The notes below the pieces were generated by a model. That model was not told where the DNA came from and did no database searches. It was given only the letters and a program-made list of their open reading frames with translations. Position numbers and translations under genes: made by a program. DNA of 64,000 bases from Macrostomum lignano (Eukaryota): NCBI GenBank assembly GCA_002269645.1, contig NIVC01001255.1, positions 186,001 through 250,000 on the forward strand. The letters run 5' to 3'. Shown one piece after another: positions 36,709-48,350 of this stretch. Each line of letters starts with the position of its first letter. Within the stretch, counting starts at the first letter, position 1.

Positions 36709-36819
36709 GTGCTGGGCAAGGAATTTGAGAGCTGGGAACTCCGGGTGCCAATTGGGTTGCTGGGGTCTACGGAGGCTGGACTAGGAAGCAAGTAGTCATG
36801 CCCATTCCGCTGACCCCAC

Positions 36820-36945
36820 CTCACTCCCTGCCCCTACAGTAACCACCACCTCACTCCCTGTCCCTTCAGTAGCCGCCACCTCACTCCCTGTCCCTTCAGT
36901 AGCCACCACCTCACTCCCTGCCTCTCCAGTAGCCGCCACCTCACC
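36820..36945. repeat. About 30-bp repeat in GPCR intron 2
   Basis: ccacctcactccctg(c/t)cccttcagtag units. Confidence 0.85.
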
Positions 36946-36983
36946 TCTTTTCGAAACCATCTAGATACCTCAAAAATTAACAG

Positions 36984-37185
36984 GCAGCTGTCTTCGACAT
37001 ATTCGAGAGCAGCTTCTTCCAAAGCCACAATCTGGTGTGCATGGAGACATTCGCCGCCGAGCTGGAGAACTCCTACAAACGCCGACTGTACAACATATTT
37101 GCATTCGCTATGATGTACGGTCTGCCACTAATTGTCATTACTGTCTGCTACAGTCGGATTTTGCGCGTTCTAACAGCCAAGTCGC
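36984..37185 (+). CDS. Neuropeptide GPCR exon 3 (ECL2, TM5)
   Basis: aacag|AAVFDIF...LVCMETF...YNIFAFAMMYGLPLIVITVCYSRIL...C|gtaagt. Confidence 0.88.
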
Positions 37186-37270
37186 GTAAGTGCAGCACGC
37201 TTTGAATATTTAACAATGCTGAACGATAACTTAACAAATATTTTACTGATAAATGTTGCACAAATTTTAG

Positions 37271-37432
37271 AGTCTTCCCAGCAACTACAGCAACAGCAGC
37301 AGCATCAGCAGCAGCCAGCAGCCGAGATCAATTACCTACGCGATGACGACAACATATCGCTCCGGCGTAACGACGATGCCAGGGCAATGCGAAGGGCCCG
37401 CAGTTCTACACTGAAGATGTCGGCTATTATTG
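37271..37432 (+). CDS. Neuropeptide GPCR exon 4 (ICL3)
   Basis: ttttag|AG...RAMRRARSSTLKMSAII G|gtgaga; RxTLKM is typical of the GnRH/vasopressin receptor group; phase 1/1. Confidence 0.85.
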
Positions 37433-37454
37433 GTGAGAGAAAGGCCTTCCAGTC

Positions 37455-37690
37455 CATCCACCTCAATCCCTGCCCCGATAGGCACACCCACCTCACTCCC
37501 TGCCCTTATAGGCACACCCACCTCACTCCATTCCCGATAGACGCACGCACCTCACTCCATTGCCCCGATAGACACACCCATCTCACTCCCTGCCCTGATA
37601 GGCACGGCATACCCATCTCACTCCTTGCCCCGATAGACATACCTACCTCACTCCCTGCCCCGATAAGCACACCCACCTCACTCTATTCTC
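37455..37690 (+). repeat. About 30-bp repeat in GPCR intron 4
   Basis: cacccacctcactccctgccccgataggca units. Confidence 0.85.
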
Positions 37691-37817
37691 TTTCGAGCCC
37701 CATTTTTGCTCGTAACCCTCGCATTTCTATGCTTAAATTCTCTAATTCATCTATGTCTATGAGATATACCGGTATATCCAGGTATTAAAATCACTTTGCT
37801 CGGGTTGAACTTCGCAG

Positions 37818-37893
37818 TATTGGCTTTCCTACTCTGTTGGGCACCTCACTGGTCGGCTACCCTGTGGATCACCTTTACTGGTGGGAGCCATCA
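37818..37893 (+). CDS. Neuropeptide GPCR exon 5 (TM6)
   Basis: ttcgcag|TA LAFLLCWAPHWSATLWITF...CA|gtgagt; CWxP motif; phase 1/2. Confidence 0.85.
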
Positions 37894-38011
37894 GTGAGTT
37901 CAAGTTTATCATGCAGAAAACATAGTTTATTGGCTAAACGGTCCAATATTGATCTGTGTATCCTGAGTTCTTTTATATTTACATTGAGAGGCCCTCCGTG
38001 CCTTCTTTTAG

Positions 38012-38094
38012 AACAGCGCACAGCGACTCGGACATAATTTATATGTGCCTCACATTTGCTTTTTTCAACTCAGCACTTAATCCACTCATTTATG
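38012..38094 (+). CDS. Neuropeptide GPCR exon 6 (TM7)
   Basis: cttttag|A TAHSDSDIIYMCLTFAFFNSALNPLIY G|gtgagt; NPxxY motif; phase 2/1. Confidence 0.87.
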
Positions 38095-38114
38095 GTGAGT
38101 AAAACTTATGCTCC

Positions 38115-38435
38115 AGAGAGTGAGGTGGATGTGCCTAACGGGGCAGGGAGTGGAGTGGCTGTCTCAATCGGGACAGGGAGTGAGGTTGGTGTGTCAATCG
38201 GGGCAGGGAGTGAAGTTGTTGTGTCAATCGGGGCAGGGAGTGAGGTGGGTGTATCTATCGGGGCAATGGAGTGAAGTGGGTGTGCCTGGGAGTGAGGTGA
38301 GTGTGCTTATCGGGGCAGGGAGTGAGGTGAGTGTGCCTATCAGGGCAGGGAGTGAGGTGGGTGTGCCTATCGGTTCAGGGAGTGAGGTGGGGTATGTCTC
38401 AGGGCATGGAGTGAGGTGGTTGAATATCGGGGCAT
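38115..38435 (-). repeat. Same 30-bp repeat, inverted, in GPCR intron 6
   Basis: atcggggcagggagtgaggtgggtgt is the reverse complement of the intron-4 unit. Confidence 0.85.
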
Positions 38436-38533
38436 AGAAAGGCAGGAGTGCATCGTACTTTACAATGCTCGTAGGCGCGATTTTCCTATCTCAAATCAAG
38501 GTGAAAAGCGCTAACTGACCAATCAAAATTTAG

Positions 38534-38652
38534 GTGTGTTCACAAACCAGTGTCGCGCCATCTGCGAGCGAGTCTGTCAACGCCGAGATCCGAGTCCTCC
38601 TCTGGGAGATCACATTCCGATGCAACGGGTGCAAATCAGAGACAGAGAGTGA
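38534..38652 (+). CDS. Neuropeptide GPCR exon 7 (C-tail)
   Basis: aatttag|GT VFTNQCRAICERVCQ...RDRE*; the joined CDS totals 1377 nt (458 aa plus stop). Confidence 0.75.
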
Positions 38653-39119
38653 GATGTGCAATCATCAAGTCTCATACATGGAGCTGTACGAGTAATTGAC
38701 TGATAACAATGTGGATGAATTTCTTGGTGATTATTATTTGTTTAATGAAAATAATTTATTTAGATTGATTTTCAGCTTTACAGTCTTGGAATTCATTGTC
38801 TTATACATGTATTTTTTGGGGATTTGCACTAGTCTTACAATTGTTTTCTCATATCTATCACTGTGTTCGATAATTTTTCAAAATCGAAAATTTTTATTTC
38901 AATGTTGACCCCTGTCAATCGATCTGCACTTTTTGAGACAGCTTTACAGATTTCATAGCAGCATTTGTGTGTCGTCAGTGGACTGTTGCCCTTACCTTAC
39001 GCGCCATCTACCGTATTGTAATTACATTCTTCTATCGACATGACTGTCTAACGCACCACTTCACCGCAACACGCTTCTTTCGAGTACTTAGATTAAGATT
39101 AGTCTGACATTGCTGTGCA

Positions 39120-39390
39120 CTGTAGCGCCTGAGACTACTGTCTCTCTTTGTCTGACACAATTCATTGTAGCGCCTGACACTGCTGTCTCCCATTCTTCTG
39201 ACACTTCAATGTAGCGCCTGACACTGCTGTCTCCCATTCTTCTGACACTTCAATGTAGCGCCTGACACTGCTGTCTCCCATTCTTCTGACACTTCATTGT
39301 AGCGTATCACACTAGCACTGTCTCGACTATTCTTCTGACACTATCGTCTCCATGCTTCTGACAATTCCCTGCACTGCCTGACACTACTAC
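39120..39390. repeat. About 44-bp minisatellite
   Basis: tgtagcgcctgacactgctgtctcccattcttctgacacttca; related array at 41130-41350. Confidence 0.85.
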
Positions 39391-39855
39391 AATGCAGCAC
39401 TAATTTTGCTAAATTCCGACAGCCCGACATCAATTGCAATTATATACGAGATTACATGTTTTTGAGCATTTAATCTTACGAGCGTAGAGTACACCTTCGA
39501 ATCGCTCGATTCTTCATCAACAGCAAACTATACGAGTGTACTATTGCATTTTGAAGGAACTGAGAATAATAAAGCTCCTGGCCTCATCAGATGAAAGAGG
39601 AAACTACGACAGACAAGCTCCCCTGACAAAAATATTTTCTTTTCCTGAAGCTTTACTTTTAGAAAAATTTTCTGCTTCCGAAAAAATGATTTTCGCTCGA
39701 TGCAATGCAGAATGCTGGAAATTTCAAAATGCAAATCCGGTCAAATGTGGATGGGAAAAATTATTGTCGTACCAAGATACATCTACACCATAGATACTAA
39801 AATAACTAGATGGGCCACTCAGGCATTTATCACAGAATTTACATATATTCTGTGG

Positions 39856-40478
39856 CATGGATGAACGAATAGAATGGATTGCTATTCTGGCTCTGGCTAT
39901 TTTCGTTTTTGACTCTTTTGCATCCAGTTCCCCCCCCCGTGCCTTTTCATTGGTTGATGATTGCCATACACAATTTTCGGCCTTCGCCCCTTTCTTTCGA
40001 TGCAGGGGGAAGACCTACAAGCACGATTCGAGAGTCGATTCGTCTACAATAAAATCAGTTCTTTGCGCTTGTTGTTGTTGTTTACTCACTGCTTATTTTA
40101 CTTTTATCACTACCATGCCTAATGGCTCAAAGCGCTACTGTGCTGCACTAGGATGTCTATCCAAGTCAGGGATGCGGGACGACACTGGAGTGAATATCAG
40201 CTTCTTTTCTTTTCCTGTCAAATCTCCACTTCAACTGACCGAATGGATGAGCAATGTGAAGATGGCACCGCAGTTTCTAACAGTCTGTTCTCATCGTTAC
40301 TGGTATCGTATATTCTCAGTTCTTTGCGCTTGTGCATCGAAAGAAAGGGGCGAAGGCCGAAAATTGTCTATGGCAATCATCAACCAATGAAAAGGCACGG
40401 GGGGAACCGGATGCAAAAGAGTCAAAAACGAAAATAGCCAGAGCCAGAATAGCAATCCATTCTATTCATTCATCCATG
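39856..40478 (+). mobile_element. Non-autonomous P-superfamily DNA transposon with THAP remnant, copy 2
   Basis: About 149-bp TIRs; 8-bp TSD ttctgtgg; internal MPNGSKRYCAALGC...FFSFP...W...CSHRY (THAP C2CH pattern, final HF degenerate) from ATG 40115. Confidence 0.9.
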
Positions 40479-41129
40479 TTCTGTGGGCGCATATACTTTG
40501 TAAAACAGCTTTCTACTTTCAGTTCAGTAGCAAAGAGGAATACATAAGCTATTTTATAAGAATAAAGGCAGCTGAAATGACTTTGATAAGTTTAGAAGGC
40601 TAGAAGCCCAAGCTTGCAGGCGTAAACAACTTGCTAATAGGTTCAGCAATAATGTACATTAGCCAGTCCACTGAAATGTACATGGCCGATTTAGGCTGGA
40701 AGTCCGAGAAAGGCAATAAAAATTGCGTGGCGGGTGGGGGTAGTGTGGAAAGGCTCCGTTGGGGGTTTAAGCTGGGGGTAAGAGCCAAAAAATCATTGGC
40801 TTTAAAAATACTTTAAAAAGCTTCTGTTTAATCTACTACTGAACTGTAAGTAGTTTACACGCAAATGTGCTGAGTGGCCCATCTAGTTAGTTATTCTAGT
40901 ATCTGTCTACACCGAAGTTGCTTAATAAGTTTTCTTCATTGGTTTACAACGAAAAATGTTAAGTTAATTGCACATTTAATTTGCAAATTTATTAGAACTG
41001 AGCACCGTGGAACACATACCGGTAGTTACATGATTATACATATAAAACATACTCACAATTTGGCAAAAGGAACGCAACATACAGACAATGACCAGAAAAT
41101 ATGTTATTGACACATGATTTTAGCACCTG

Positions 41130-41350
41130 CACCTGCTACTCCATTCTCAGCATTCTGACACTTCACTGTAGCGCCTGACACAACTGTCTCCCCTTCTTCT
41201 GACACTTAACTGTAGCACCTGACACTACTGTCTCCCCTTCCTCTGACACAAGTGTAGCGTCTGACACTCTACTGTCCCTTCTGACACTTCACTGTAGCGT
41301 CTGACACTCTACTGTCCCTTCTGACACTTCACTGTAGCGTCTGACACTAT
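41130..41350. repeat. About 40-44-bp minisatellite (same family as 39120-39390)
   Basis: tgtagcg(c/t)ctgacac...ctgt...ttctgacacttcac units. Confidence 0.85.
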
Positions 41351-41448
41351 CAGCACGGCATACCCCGACAATCTGAAGTTCTGACAGCAGATATTTCCAA
41401 TGATAAAAAAATTATACAAAAAGGTACGCGAATTAAGAACTCGTTTTT

Positions 41449-41918
41449 TCATTTTCCTTTCAACGAGTCCAGAGTCAGGATGGGGTTCTCTGCTGCCTTC
41501 AAGTCGAACTCGGCCCACGCCGGGTCTCCTGTGTCCCTCACCAGGTAGACTTTGACGAAACCATCTCCAACTTCATGGGTGCTCTTTGCCTGGTCAATTC
41601 TGGCGCACAGCTTCGGGATGCTGCACCCATGAGGGATGGCGCCAGGCCGCCTGGTGAACTGCACCATCAGCGACTCCGGCTCCAGCCGCATCGTCAGGTC
41701 GCCTTCGGCCACTTCAGCCGAAGTCCAACGACTTGGCCGGCGAAGATAGTTCGAATGAAGATCGAACTTCGGCTTGATGCCTTCGATGGTCAGGCAGATG
41801 CGGATGGTGTTGGCTCGCTTCCGGTGCACTTGAACTCGAGACGGACAGGTGTACGGCTCGATGGCGACCGCCGCCGCTGCTGCTTCGGTTGCTGAAGCTG
41901 GCGGCTGCAGTGTGGCTG
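41449..41918 (-). CDS. CS/p23-like (HSP20-fold) domain protein A, exon 2
   Basis: Acceptor ttattcgttctcag|; IRICLTIEGI...LTMRLEPESLMVQF...SIPKLCARIDQAKSTHEVGDGFVKVYLVR...W resembles the CACYBP/SGT1-type CS pattern. Confidence 0.6.
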
Positions 41919-41949
41919 CTGAGAACGAATAATAGAAAGTCTTGGTGGA

Positions 41950-42420
41950 GGGGCGATTCTCTGGGAGATTCTCAGTGAGGTGAGGGGCGATTCTCTGGGA
42001 GATTCTCAGTGAGGTGAGGGGCGATTCTCTGGGAGATTCTCAGTGAGGTGAGGGGCGATTCTCTGGGAGATTCTCAGTGAGGTGAGGGGCGATTCTCTGG
42101 GAGATTCTCAGTGAAGGGAGTGGCGATTCTCTGACAGATTCTCAGTGAGGTGAGGGGCGATTCTCTGGGAGATTCTCAGTGAGGTGAGGGGCGATTCTCT
42201 GGGAGATTCTCAGTGAGGTGAGGGGCGATTCTCTGGGAGATTCTCAGTGAGGTGAGGGGCGATTCTCTGGGAGATTCTCAGTAAAGTGAGTGGCGATTCT
42301 CTGACAGATTCTCAGTGAGGTGAGTGGCGATTCTCTGGGAGATTCTCAGTGAGGTGAGGGGCGATTCTCTGGGAGATTCTTAGTGAGGAGAGGGGTGATT
42401 CTTTGGGAGATTTTTAGTGA
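41950..42420. repeat. 34-bp intronic minisatellite
   Basis: ggggcgattctctgggagattctcagtgaggtga units. Confidence 0.95.
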
Positions 42421-42562
42421 AGGGCCGTTATCTAGGCAATTCTTTTTGATAGGCGATTCTATGAATTTTTTAATTTAGTGGGATCACCAGAATGGACGGA
42501 GGTAATTTATGCATATCCTACTTAAAGTAGATGTTCGTAAGAAGGGCGCCACATCACATCAC

Positions 42563-42836
42563 TCAGTCTGAAATAATCGAATTTCTCACCGCCGGCTGAA
42601 GCACCACCGGCCGTAGCTCCTCCAGCTGGTGCTTCCTCGCCTTCGTCTTCTTCAGCATCCGCTTCTGCTGCCGCCGGATTTTTCTGGGCTTCTTCATCTC
42701 CTCCTCCATTTTCACTATCGCTGCCCTCATCGTCGCTTTCCTTCTGTTCTTCTTTTGTTGCTGCGGCGTCTTCCGGCGGCTGTTCTGGCTCCGGTTCCTG
42801 CCGCGGCTCCATCTCCTCTAGCTGCGGCTGCTCCAT
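42563..42836 (-). CDS. CS-like protein A, probable exon 1 (acidic low-complexity N-terminus)
   Basis: ATG 42836, E/D/A/G-rich MEQPQLEE...EKFDYFRL. Phase-1 donor A|gtgatg at 42563/42562 matches the 41918 acceptor, but the donor is weak. Confidence 0.5.
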
Positions 42837-44024
42837 ACTTCCGTCTTCCGTGTGTCGTTTGTTTAAGAAATCGGGCTTAAGAAGTTGGAGGACCGGGAGT
42901 CCGGGACCACTGGGGTGAGCGGAGGATCGGAGCTTTAGGCTACAAAGACCTGTGGTGGAGGGGTGGCTGGGCCATCTTTCTTCTCTCTCTTCTTTCCCTT
43001 ACCCCACCATCCCGATCTGAACCGCATTCCTTCAACCCGTCCCCCGCCTGAATGTATACATACGGGTGCGTAATCTATTTTTAGAACACGCAGTCACCAC
43101 ACCACCCCTCCCTGGAGGGGCTTTCATATCGGGCCCTCACACTTAGTTCTACTTCTGAAATAAACCCCCCAGGCGCCATGACGTGTACACTGGAATTGGA
43201 ACCCCAATTTGACTAATTACGAGAATTGTTGGGGCTTCTGCGTTTATCGATTTTTCTCTCCTCCCAGTTTACAGTAAAGGAAATGTCGGAATCCAAGGTC
43301 AACACACAGCACCCACCCAATAACCACAAATACGATAGTTAATCAGTGATGTAATTCTATGAGTAAGCCAATTTCTTTTAATCCTCTTTAATTCTGTGAC
43401 ATTAATAGACCAAAGGAGGCAAGAATTTCATGACAATAAACTCCCACCAGACCAAAATATCGTTGTTTGGCCACCTTAAATGCTAATATGTGACTGGGGG
43501 GCTAAATGAGTCTTAAGGCCCAAAATTTTGCAAAAACGCTGTTTTGTCAGTGACGAAATCACTCGATTTATTTAACGATAGGTTGAGAAATTCCCGAAAC
43601 ACAGTACAAAGTTAATAAGTATATTAATACACATGCCTTAAGCATTTTTATCGTTTATTTAAATGCAAAGCCGTATCCGTATGGGTAAAATCGTAGAAAC
43701 ATAAAAGCTAGTGCACCAAAATGCATTGCAAATGCAGCACGTACAAGCATTGGCAGTAAGTATACGGTACACATAGTCTCGCTTCTTGTAATGCAACAAC
43801 TTAATTAAGTGGCAAATCTAAGCATAACGGAGGCGAAATACGAAACAAAGAATAAAATAATAGACTTATAAATTAAACTTTGAAGCCATTGTAACTTGGC
43901 ACTTAAAAGCAATATTGATAAAGCTTTGAAACTTTAATTGCAATTGCAGTACAGCACTGTCACTTTTCAGTCTTTTTCATAGGCTTTTTGCCTAAGTGCC
44001 TAGGTGCCTAGGCTAGGTGACCTG

Positions 44025-44519
44025 CTATGGCGGCTGCTGCTGTGCCGGCTGTGGCTGTGACGGCGCTACAATGTCGTTTACGTTGATACCAGCATCCTCG
44101 TGCTCGTCGACAAACTTGCGCCACTCAGCTTGGTCAGCTGGATACAGGTGTACAACCACAAAGTTGGTGAATATCTCGTGATAGCTTCTAGCTGTGTCGA
44201 TGTGAATACTCAGTCTCGGACTCGGAATGGTGAACTCGAATTCGGGGTTCTGCTGCTGCGCCTCTTTGAAGTATCTCAGGCTAAGGCTCTGGACTTCGTT
44301 TTTTACGACAAAAACAGCCGGAGTTCCCACTTCGGAGAAGCCCCGGATCAGGCCTCTGGTCCTCAGGGGAGACAAAATCGAGTGCCTCTTCGGTCTGATG
44401 CCAGGCATGCCCAGCGTCAACTTGAGTCCTACCGGTCTGAATCGGCCAAAATATTTGAATTTCCATTGAATATCTCTCGAAGAAACCTCGTCTAAATGCA
44501 CTTCTTCTTGCTGGGCCAT
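44025..44519 (-). CDS. CS-like domain protein B (single-exon ORF, paralog of protein A)
   Basis: 164-aa ATG ORF sharing GI(R/K)PK, (Q/E)SL, L..(H/R)ID.A(R/K)S.HE(I/V), FV.V(H/Y)L and W..F with the 41449-41918 exon. Confidence 0.65.
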   Translation of the reverse strand: MAQQEEVHLDEVSSRDIQWKFKYFGRFRPVGLKLTLGMPGIRPKRHSILSPLRTRGLIRGFSEVGTPAVFVVKNEVQSLSLRYFKEAQQQNPEFEFTIPSPRLSIHIDTARSYHEIFTNFVVVHLYPADQAEWRKFVDEHEDAGINVNDIVAPSQPQPAQQQPP

Positions 44520-45079
44520 CTACGAGCGTATCTACTAGTTTAAAGACGCACTGGCGTTATAGCTGTCCTTCAGAACAATGCGGTTTTGGGTTTAGGTCCG
44601 TTTCTTAACGCGCTGATTTGTTCATTTTTATATAGTCTGACTTCAACTAAGAACCCTTCATGTGCAATGTATGTACATTGTGCAGATGGGAGCTTACTTA
44701 GTACAAAAGCGCTTGAGGGGTTTTGGTTTTGGGGTGTGCCGAGAGTTTCATCGATTTTTCTAACCCCCACCATACCCTCTCTATTGTTAACCAAACCGAA
44801 CGCCGCCGCCTGGGGATGGGTGGCCGAGGGGTCTGATCCCCCACTGACTAATTCCCCACTATGCCGAAAGCAGTCCAGTAGCCAGTTCAGATGGGACCGA
44901 GAGGGATCATTGTGACTCAGTGACTCCCACATAAACCCGAACACTTCTGTTCTGAAATAATGGGCCAGAATGAGGTTGGGCCGCTTCACAGGACAGGAAA
45001 TTCACATCCTAAACAAAACATATCTGCAAAATATGCCAAAATCTAATCTGAAGTTTTTTGGATTCAGCCTCAGTCTGAC

Positions 45080-45305
45080 CAACTTGATCTAATCTGGTGC
45101 TTATTAAATCCAATCTGGAGCTTATTAGATCAAATGCGGTGCTTATTAGATCCAATCTGGCGCTTATTAGATCAAATGCGGTGCTTATTAAATCCAATCT
45201 GGCGCTTATGAGATCCAATCTGGCGATTATTAGATCCAATCTGGCGCTTATTAGATCCAATTTGGCGCTTAGTAGATCCAATCTGGCGCTTATTAGATCC
45301 AATCA
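45080..45305. repeat. 21-bp minisatellite
   Basis: gcttattagatccaatctggc family. Confidence 0.9.
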
Positions 45306-47205
45306 TGAGAGATAATTTAGAGAGGTTGATCAAGCTTGATCACGAATGGCCAACTGTACTAGTTCGAATGACTATTTTATGAAAGCCACATAAATTGCAT
45401 GAAAAAATTACGCATCCAATTTCGTTATCGGATTTTATAATTTAAAATCACTATTGTTACTTACAGTAGAGTAGCGTGATTGCACTACTGCGGCTTTTTG
45501 GTGAAACTGCGTGGCTCCAGATTACAAAGGTAGTTTAGTTCTGCAGGAAAGACTTTAATATCTGACTTTCAGTTAGTTGGATTGTAGTGGAAAGGGGGTG
45601 GCATGGGAGGCAGTTTTGGGTTGCATGTGGTTACTGTGGGATCGCATAAGGTAAATTTCTGATAAAATTTATACATCGAGAGAAAGAATTAGGAGAATTT
45701 GGGATAGCATTAGGAGAATTTATAGGGGCATTTATTGATATATTGATAGCTTTATTGATAAATCTTTGAAAGCTTTGACATCTCTGCCAAGTGTCCACCT
45801 TCTTTCTGTAAGTCGTATTGTTCTCAAACAATCAAAATCTTCTATTCCTTTCCTTCGATGCTCGACGTGCTCACAGCAGGATTTCGTGACTCGTCGGACA
45901 ATATCCACATCATCATCATATGATGACCGAGACGTACCTGAGCGATAGGAGCTCGGCCATCGGAGCGTACGTGCTGCAGCATATACTGTATGGGACAGTC
46001 CATCTGTTCGTTTAATCCCACATCCTATGACTGGCTTCAATATGTCACGGGGAACGCGGCCTATTTCGGGGAAAATGTTTACCCATTCTCCCACTCGCTC
46101 GTCCATCACGAAATCCAAGATGATTTTGCAATCGAACCGGGAATTCATTCCCTGAGCTGAAGCTCTCCATGGCGATTCTATAGAAGAGACAGAAGTCCCT
46201 GCGAGAGAGCTGTTCAGGGCCGCACTCAAGGACGTAACTGATCTCGTGTTTTGTGGAAAATTATTTGAAGGCTCACGAATACATTTTGATCTAAGATATT
46301 ATAGACGAATTCCTGTGGAAAATTTGTCAATTGGCATTTGTTATTTGTCACCTGGATACAAAAAATACTACTCAAAAGATTACTTTGAAATTTTATGTCG
46401 CATTTCATGTAACAATTTATGCCCAATGTTTTAATACAGCATCATTTACACCAGTTAATTTTAGGCAACGGATCCGGAGTTTAATGAATTCGTTGTGGAA
46501 GACAATCAATCAGTGTACGAGCTCGTTTGTCAGGGTGCCCGCAGCCCTCCTGAAGTTATTAAATTATCACTGTACTAAACCCTCCACCTCCATCTGGCTT
46601 TTTATGCCTTACTCTTCCTCCACTTTTACCCTATACCGTTCTGTATACGTTTCCGCCATTCTCTGTGCCCCTAATTCAGGCATACAACTTTAATATTTGA
46701 TGCACTAAATACCAGCTAAAATCCGCATAAAATTCGTGCACTTTTAACGACTGAACTGCCGAAAACCAGCATAATCGGCTCACAAAACCCTGCAACTTTC
46801 AGATGCGAGCATCCACAGCGCCCATCAATTTTTATAAAATAATTAAACAATGTCAGAGTTAACTCTCTGCCTTGGGGATTAACTTGGGGATTAGGAGAGG
46901 CAGAATTTAGCCAGGATTTTTTATATTAGATGGCTCAGCTTCCTTGACGCTCGTGTACGAGTATGATTTTATTTACGACAAACTGCAGAGAAGATTACTT
47001 TTGGGCTGTAAAAAAACAAAAACCTTAATCCAGCGACTTGGCGAGCGTCTGGCATGGATTAATATGACTTACTGCTGCCTCCCTGCCCTCACTTCCTGAT
47101 CAGGAAGAGAGCGGGATCTGCCCTCACTTCCTCACTTTGTTGCACCCCCTGACTTCTCACTTCCAGTCTAGATTTCCATCATACTATCACGAAAAATGAA
47201 AAACC

Positions 47206-47572
47206 AGTGGCGTATACAAAGCGGGGCACAACAAAATACAACAACATATGACAGGGGCGCCATACAAGAGACAGGGCCGCCCACCAAGAGGCAGGGGCCG
47301 CCCACCAAGAGGCAGGGGGCGCTCACCAAGATACAGGGGTGCCCACCAAGAGACCGGGGCGCTCACCAAGAGGCAGGGGCCCCCCACAAAAGACAGGGGC
47401 GCCCAACAAGAGACAGAGGGTGCCCATTAAGAGACAGGGGCTACCATTTACAGGGGCGCCCACCAAGAGACCGGGGCGCTTACCAAGAGGCGGGGGCGCC
47501 CAACAAGAGACCAAATATTGGCGCCCCTTACGGCTTCGGCCCCCTCTTGTTAAAATTCCCATGTACGCCACT
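47206..47572. mobile_element. MITE with AGTGGCGTA termini (PIF/Harbinger-like) containing a 19-bp minisatellite
   Basis: agtggcgta...tacgccact inverted ends; interior caccaagag(a/g)caggggcgc repeats. Superfamily assignment is tentative. Confidence 0.5.
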
Positions 47573-47849
47573 TTAATACGTTTGTAAATGTATTTTTATC
47601 CGGTTTTAAGAAAAATTTTCCAACAGAAACAGAGCGGATTCTGAAGAATTTTTTGCCGGAACAATAATTATTTGAAGGCTGGCAAAGGAAATCGATTTCA
47701 GATAATGAGTAGTGCTCAAGCTACCTTGCTATATACTACAGTACGTATACGTACATTCATGGACTTCAAGTGCGACCATTCCCTCCTCCAACTCTGGAGG
47801 TGTGACCATTATTCGTCGTTTGAAAATAAATAAATATCCATCCGCCCAA

Positions 47850-48195
47850 CTAGTGACTATGGCCCTCTCGGGTCATGGCTGTTTTCCAGGCATCGTCACC
47901 TCCAAGGGAAATTCCGTAGGGAGGAATGCCCATTCTGCCTCTCCGATGTTGAGAGTGGGGAGCAATTTATCTTTACTCAGGACAGGCTCACACCTACCTC
48001 GGCCCAAACCCGGACCTCTCCGACGTTTTCAGGCCCCAGAATATCTGCCAGCTCGTCCGCTACCTAAGGACCACCGGGCGGGCGATCATCCACCTCCTGG
48101 CCTCTCCGGAGGGGGACCTCGCTGCGGACACCGGCACCACCGGATCTCCCAGCGCGACACCGCAGCACCAGCTGCCCGAGGTCGCCAGGCGTTAG
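47850..48195 (+). mobile_element. 5'-truncated non-LTR retrotransposon 3' end (I/R1-like C-terminal zinc knuckle)
   Basis: Across frameshifts: LSGHGCF / SRHRHLQG...[15 protein letters not shown] / [29 protein letters not shown], matching the LTGHG..F..HL...C..C..E...H...FL..TG pattern. Confidence 0.65.
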
Positions 48196-48350
48196 CGGAA
48201 TGGACGGCAACGCTTCCCGCGGAATCCGGATGCCTGGAACCCCTGCAGCTGAGTCAAAGTAAGTCAAACTTTCGTCCCAGCACACTCCGCGGCTTCTTAC
48301 TTTTAGTAACTACAGTATACAAAGTAACTTGATGCTATATGTATAATTGA

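Noticed and set aside
43505-43645. TTAA-GGC...GCC-TTAA, a possible Kolobok-like MITE
   Set aside because: The inverted match is only about 7 bp and could be chance.
44570-44989. 139-aa ORF upstream of CS-like gene B
   Set aside because: No recognisable motif; ORFs on both strands overlap here, and it is more likely UTR, intron or repeat-derived.
45732-46693. 165-aa (-) and 120-aa (+) ORFs, possibly decayed LINE RT
   Set aside because: Only faint resemblance (AYTVWDSP, LYRSVYVSAIL) to RT C-terminal motifs; cannot be supported without a search.
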